Origin: Octopus vulgaris
Taxonomy: Eukaryota
Assembly: GCA_951406725.2 (NCBI GenBank)
Contig: OX597816.1
Span: 158,286,001 to 158,350,000, forward strand
Length of the DNA stretch: 64,000 bases
Direction: 5' to 3'
Shown here: positions 62,301 through 64,000 of the stretch, one piece after another
Position numbering within the stretch: the first letter of the stretch is position 1
Layout: each line of letters opens with the position of its first letter
The notes under the pieces: model-generated
The model's input: the letters and a program-made list of their open reading frames with translations, nothing else
Databases searched by the model: none
Told to the model about the DNA's origin: nothing
Made by a program: the position numbers and the translations under genes

Positions 62301-63175
62301 ATACTGTGTTACAATTACAAAATATACAGAATTAAACAATTCTGTTTTATTGTATCAAGAGAATGAAATCTCATTGAATCAATAAATTGCCTTGATGCAA
62401 ACTTGGCTCAAGAAGAGGAAGACCATCCAGCACTCTTCCTAGAATCCTGGAAAACTTTGTTGGTCATTTGAACATATTCAACCAGAGCTATTTATATACT
62501 TATGATTACTCAAAATGTTGATATCTTTAATGTTGCACAAAGGTGTCAGTAGGGCACGGATTAATAATTACAGACCTGTGTCACTTACATTCCACCTAAA
62601 ATAATAATAATAGTCCTAGAGTGAATGATATCCAAAACTATAAACAGACACTTTTGAAAAATAGAGGCTTTTTAACGTCTAATATGGTTTCTCCCTGGGA
62701 CAAAACTTCTTTAACAACAAACCAAACTGCCCAACATGTTTTCAAGAAACCAACCAATTCCTTACAGCTAGATACAGTATGGACTGAATGCATTTTATCA
62801 TACCATAGCACTTGAGATGTTATCTGTGAAAGGACTAAACACTTTTTTTTTTCATAATTTCTGCTCTGCAATTTGCAATGCTTTTTGTCGCTCTCATTTG
62901 TTCTTTTCTTATATATAGACTTGTGTATGTTTGTATTGTAAGTATGTGTGTATGTATGTATGTATGTATATATATATATATATATATATATGTACATCAT
63001 GAAAAATAATTTTGGATACAGTTCAGAAAATAGTCAACAATTCATTAGAAGAAAGATTTTAGAAGATCCTAACATACATAAGAGGTGTTGTTTGTCTGGT
63101 TATTCGGAGGAGGTGGTGGTGGTTGAGCCTGATTTGACATTTTGTACATTGGTGTGAAGTTGTGAGGTGCATGAC
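27654..63175 (-). CDS. DIS3L2: DIS3-like exonuclease 2 (RNase II/RNB family), 5' end incomplete (whole-gene span)
   Basis: 22 phase-consistent GT-AG exons from 61724 to 27654 give 2451 nt. Motifs: [91 protein letters not shown]. No PIN domain seen, and CNDKK..SKR..ELS and GVVKRVYCN fit DIS3L2. Confidence 0.95.
27798..28090. mobile_element. Old hairpin MITE (imperfect ~125-bp inverted arms)
   Basis: tagtcatttggttgatcaatt...gtcctttc...gacct mirrored by aggtc...gaaaggac...aattaaccaaatgattga. Confidence 0.6.
28225..28410 (+). mobile_element. TA-flanked Penelope-like repeat with hammerhead-like motif (inverted sibling at 1377-1556)
   Basis: cttt-CTGTAGA-a-gagc-gtag-gctc-GAAA-ca-TA-aaag. Confidence 0.6.
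28751..29043 (+). mobile_element. tRNA-derived SINE
   Basis: A/B-box head ggcgcaatggcccagtggttagggcagcggactc...gtttcgattccc; diverged TSD containing gtcagtac on both sides. Confidence 0.8.
29763..29930 (-). CDS. DIS3L2: DIS3L2 exon (S1 domain)
   Basis: [10 protein letters not shown]...[12 protein letters not shown]; ttgcag/gtaagt. Confidence 0.85.
30718..30822 (-). CDS. DIS3L2: DIS3L2 exon
   Basis: [35 protein letters not shown]. Confidence 0.95.
30962..31438. mobile_element. Two adjacent piggyBac-like MITEs
   Basis: 30962-31187 and 31211-31438, each CCCTTT...AAAGGG-TTAA. Confidence 0.85.
33714..33844 (-). CDS. DIS3L2: DIS3L2 exon
   Basis: [43 protein letters not shown]. Confidence 0.95.
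34243..34471. mobile_element. piggyBac-like MITE
   Basis: TTAA-ccctttcgttac...gtaacgaaaggg-TTAA. Confidence 0.9.
34748..34895 (-). CDS. DIS3L2: DIS3L2 exon (RNB signature)
   Basis: LAQYFCSG...[32 protein letters not shown]. Confidence 0.97.
34960..35790 (-). mobile_element. Four head-to-tail Meta-core SINE copies
   Basis: Four successive ctggtactt...gaaaggatgaaaggcaaagtc...aatttgaactcagaa units separated by (taa)n. Confidence 0.8.
36392..36481 (-). CDS. DIS3L2: DIS3L2 exon
   Basis: [30 protein letters not shown]. Confidence 0.93.
38893..38952 (-). CDS. DIS3L2: DIS3L2 exon
   Basis: [20 protein letters not shown]. Confidence 0.92.
39744..39867 (-). CDS. DIS3L2: DIS3L2 exon
   Basis: [41 protein letters not shown]. 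Confidence 0.96.
40081..40293 (+). mobile_element. Meta-core SINE with 22-bp TSD
   Basis: attatattttgaagattaaata at 40059-40080 and 40294-40315. Confidence 0.9.
41083..41219 (-). CDS. DIS3L2: DIS3L2 exon
   Basis: [22 protein letters not shown]...[10 protein letters not shown]. Confidence 0.95.
41858..42206 (-). mobile_element. tRNA-derived SINE (separate family)
   Basis: Minus-strand head ggcacatggctcagtggttagagc...gagttcaattcc; TSD tgggatacagta. Confidence 0.8.
42461..42731. mobile_element. Penelope-like inverted repeat with hammerhead motif
   Basis: Arms 42461-42585 and 42621-42731; the minus strand reads CTGACGA-a-ggat-tga-atcc-GAAAcat. Confidence 0.7.
42878..43280 (-). mobile_element. 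Full-length tRNA-derived SINE (CORE-like centre, internal TA/CA tract)
   Basis: Head ggcgcaggagtggctgtg...gtcctactgtgtggcaccttgggga; tail gactgaaacaagta; siblings at about 2400, 20627, 25188, 50100, 57170, 58640 and 61270. Confidence 0.8.
43415..43519 (-). CDS. DIS3L2: DIS3L2 exon
   Basis: [35 protein letters not shown]. Confidence 0.92.
44669..44737 (-). CDS. DIS3L2: DIS3L2 exon
   Basis: [23 protein letters not shown]. Confidence 0.95.
44828..44935 (-). CDS. DIS3L2: DIS3L2 exon
   Basis: [36 protein letters not shown]. Confidence 0.96.
45160..45632 (+). mobile_element. RTE LINE 3' fragment (ORF end plus arrayed 3'UTR)
   Basis: [30 protein letters not shown] followed by repeat units and ttaggaagggcatccagctg. 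Confidence 0.75.
45856..45968 (-). CDS. DIS3L2: DIS3L2 exon
   Basis: [37 protein letters not shown]. Confidence 0.96.
46343..47606 (+). mobile_element. Full-length defective mariner transposon (1264 bp)
   Basis: TA-ttgggtcatcccataaata...tatttatgggatgacccaa-TA; transposase remnants [12 protein letters not shown] and [16 protein letters not shown] with stops and frameshifts. Confidence 0.95.
47767..47926 (-). CDS. DIS3L2: DIS3L2 exon (catalytic Asp motif)
   Basis: VTDSLP...[31 protein letters not shown]. Confidence 0.96.
48060..48436 (+). mobile_element. Non-autonomous Helitron
   Basis: A|TCtctctatatataaa 5' end, (gtct)n tract, terminal hairpin and CTAG|T. Confidence 0.8.
50384..50483 (-). 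CDS. DIS3L2: DIS3L2 exon
   Basis: [33 protein letters not shown]. Confidence 0.93.
51458..51819 (+). mobile_element. Helentron-associated (HINE/DINE-1-like) element
   Basis: ttattatctctgcc...ggcagagg subterminal inverted repeats, gttt/gtct tract, 3' stem-loop, T-rich end. Confidence 0.7.
51955..52316 (-). mobile_element. Second HINE copy, inverted
   Basis: Reverse complement of 51458-51819. Confidence 0.75.
52402..52489 (-). CDS. DIS3L2: DIS3L2 exon
   Basis: [29 protein letters not shown]. Confidence 0.9.
53308..53396 (+). ncRNA. Type I hammerhead ribozyme motif (Penelope-type, long stem II)
   Basis: atgcag-CTGAAGA-[58-nt hairpin]-GAAA-cgatcg-TA-ctgcat: 6-bp stem I, intact core, palindromic stem III, GUA triplet. 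Confidence 0.8.
53924..54062 (-). CDS. DIS3L2: DIS3L2 exon (CSD2)
   Basis: [17 protein letters not shown]...[20 protein letters not shown]. Confidence 0.93.
55318..55447 (-). CDS. DIS3L2: DIS3L2 exon
   Basis: [17 protein letters not shown]...[10 protein letters not shown]. Confidence 0.88.
55823..56074. mobile_element. MITE with TA flanks
   Basis: TIRs tcgttgctattatg / cataatagcaacga. Confidence 0.8.
56269..56330. repeat. Perfect 25-bp hairpin next to (TA)n
   Basis: ccacatattattatacccactacag-12 nt-ctgtagtgggtataataatatgtgg. Confidence 0.95.
56628..56716 (+). ncRNA. Type I hammerhead ribozyme motif
   Basis: tct-CTGATGA-gaggatatact...agtatgttcat-GAAA-cgattg-TA-aga. Confidence 0.65.
58287..58528 (-). 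CDS. DIS3L2: DIS3L2 exon (low-complexity CSD1 insertion)
   Basis: [16 protein letters not shown]...NTSVDANLK; phase 0-to-2 links its neighbours. Confidence 0.85.
59053..59328 (-). mobile_element. Non-autonomous Helitron
   Basis: Minus strand A|TCtttatatataaa...ccgagcaacgccaggcgatactgCTAG|T. Confidence 0.8.
59470..59571 (-). CDS. DIS3L2: DIS3L2 exon (CSD1)
   Basis: [34 protein letters not shown]. Confidence 0.94.
60030..60116. repeat. Perfect 37-bp inverted repeat in an RTE 3'UTR copy
   Basis: 60030-60066 is the reverse complement of 60080-60116. Confidence 0.95.
60875..60928 (-). CDS. DIS3L2: DIS3L2 exon
   Basis: [18 protein letters not shown]. Confidence 0.93.
61674..61724 (-). CDS. DIS3L2: DIS3L2 exon
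   Basis: [17 protein letters not shown]; ttcag/gtaaga. Confidence 0.85.
62400..62830 (+). mobile_element. Highly decayed CR1/L2 RT fragment
   Basis: NNYRPVSLT motif at about 62562, followed by degenerate YGF and D.V motifs. Confidence 0.55.
63078..63175 (-). CDS. DIS3L2: Candidate DIS3L2 N-terminal exon
   Basis: ctcacag/gtatgt; [32 protein letters not shown]; ends in phase 0 as required; no homology support. Confidence 0.5.
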
Positions 63176-63468
63176 CTGTGAGAATTAAAGACAGAAACGA
63201 AAGTTGTGCATGAATTTGTGTGAAGCATGTTTCGAGAACAGAGATGAGTAGTTCTAGACTTTAAACACATTAAATACAAAAGCCAACATGTAAATAAGCC
63301 AGAAACAATTAAAACAATGGTCTCAGTGTAAATCATTGAATTACTATTTTATTTGCTTCTTTACATAGCCTTGTAGCTTTAGAAACTTAGTGGACTATAA
63401 ATAATAACACTAGAAGGGGTTTATGTCTTTTTATTTTCATAGGGTTTTATCAAACAGAAAAAAAATAC

Positions 63469-64000
63469 TAGGTCTGATCCAAAAGCATCAGGACTGTTGC
63501 TATGGTAACAGGGCTCATGTACACAGAGTGAAGCTGCTTAGCAGATTGATTTTGAACCCTGTTGTGTATGCATTCTCACCAACATTCTCACTCACTTCTG
63601 TTGTTTATGTAAATGCTTGGTAGTAAAGGGTGTAGAGTGCAGTTATTTCACCACACCACGGAGGTTCTATCAGTGACCACGGCAGAGAAAATTGAGCAGA
63701 GAATCTGCATTAAATTTTGCCAAAAGCTTGGTCATACCTACACTTTTTTTTCTTCTTTTCCTCTTTGCAAAAATCAAATCCCACATGAATGGGAAAAGAT
63801 TCCAAGATGCTGAGGAGATCCAAGAGAATGTGATAAGGCAGCTGCTCCCTATCTCAGAAAAGGAGTTCTGGGAATGCTTCCCTCAATGGAAACAACACTG
63901 GATAAAGTGCATGGCTTCAGAAGGGGACAACTTCAAAGGAGACTAAAATGCTGAATTGAAGTATGTTGTAGTTTTCTTTTTATAGCACCAGTCTTGATAA
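63469..64000 (+). mobile_element. Internally deleted mariner element
   Basis: N-terminal EQRICIKFCQKLG fused to C-terminal LFAKIKSHMNGKRFQDAEEIQ...CFPQWKQHWIKCMASEGDNFKGD*; TIR ctaggtctgatccaaaagcatcaggactg, with the partner (cagtcttgataa) cut by the window end. Confidence 0.85.

Overview
AT-rich, intron-rich animal genomic DNA. The repeat families look like those of an octopus or other coleoid cephalopod (recognised by eye, not searched). I reconstructed three spliced genes from GT-AG sites and exon phase. (1) A complete 6-coding-exon minus-strand gene (558-9341) for a 378-aa, ~4-TM membrane protein I do not recognise. (2) A plus-strand CENP-H-like kinetochore gene (15610-27099), head-to-head with gene 1; one small exon was not found. 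(3) DIS3L2, the RNase II/RNB exoribonuclease, on the minus strand (27654 to at least 61724; 22 phase-consistent exons, 5' end probably outside the window), tail-to-tail with CENP-H. Introns are filled with RTE LINE 3' ends carrying tandem arrays, several tRNA-derived SINE families, CR1 and RTE fragments, mariners, hAT, piggyBac-like and Merlin-like MITEs, Helitrons and Helentron-like elements. The most notable non-coding signal is a set of type I hammerhead-ribozyme motifs in AT-rich, Penelope-like palindromic repeats, including a structurally complete one at 53308-53396. Many long hairpins also lie close to exons. All coordinates were read by eye.
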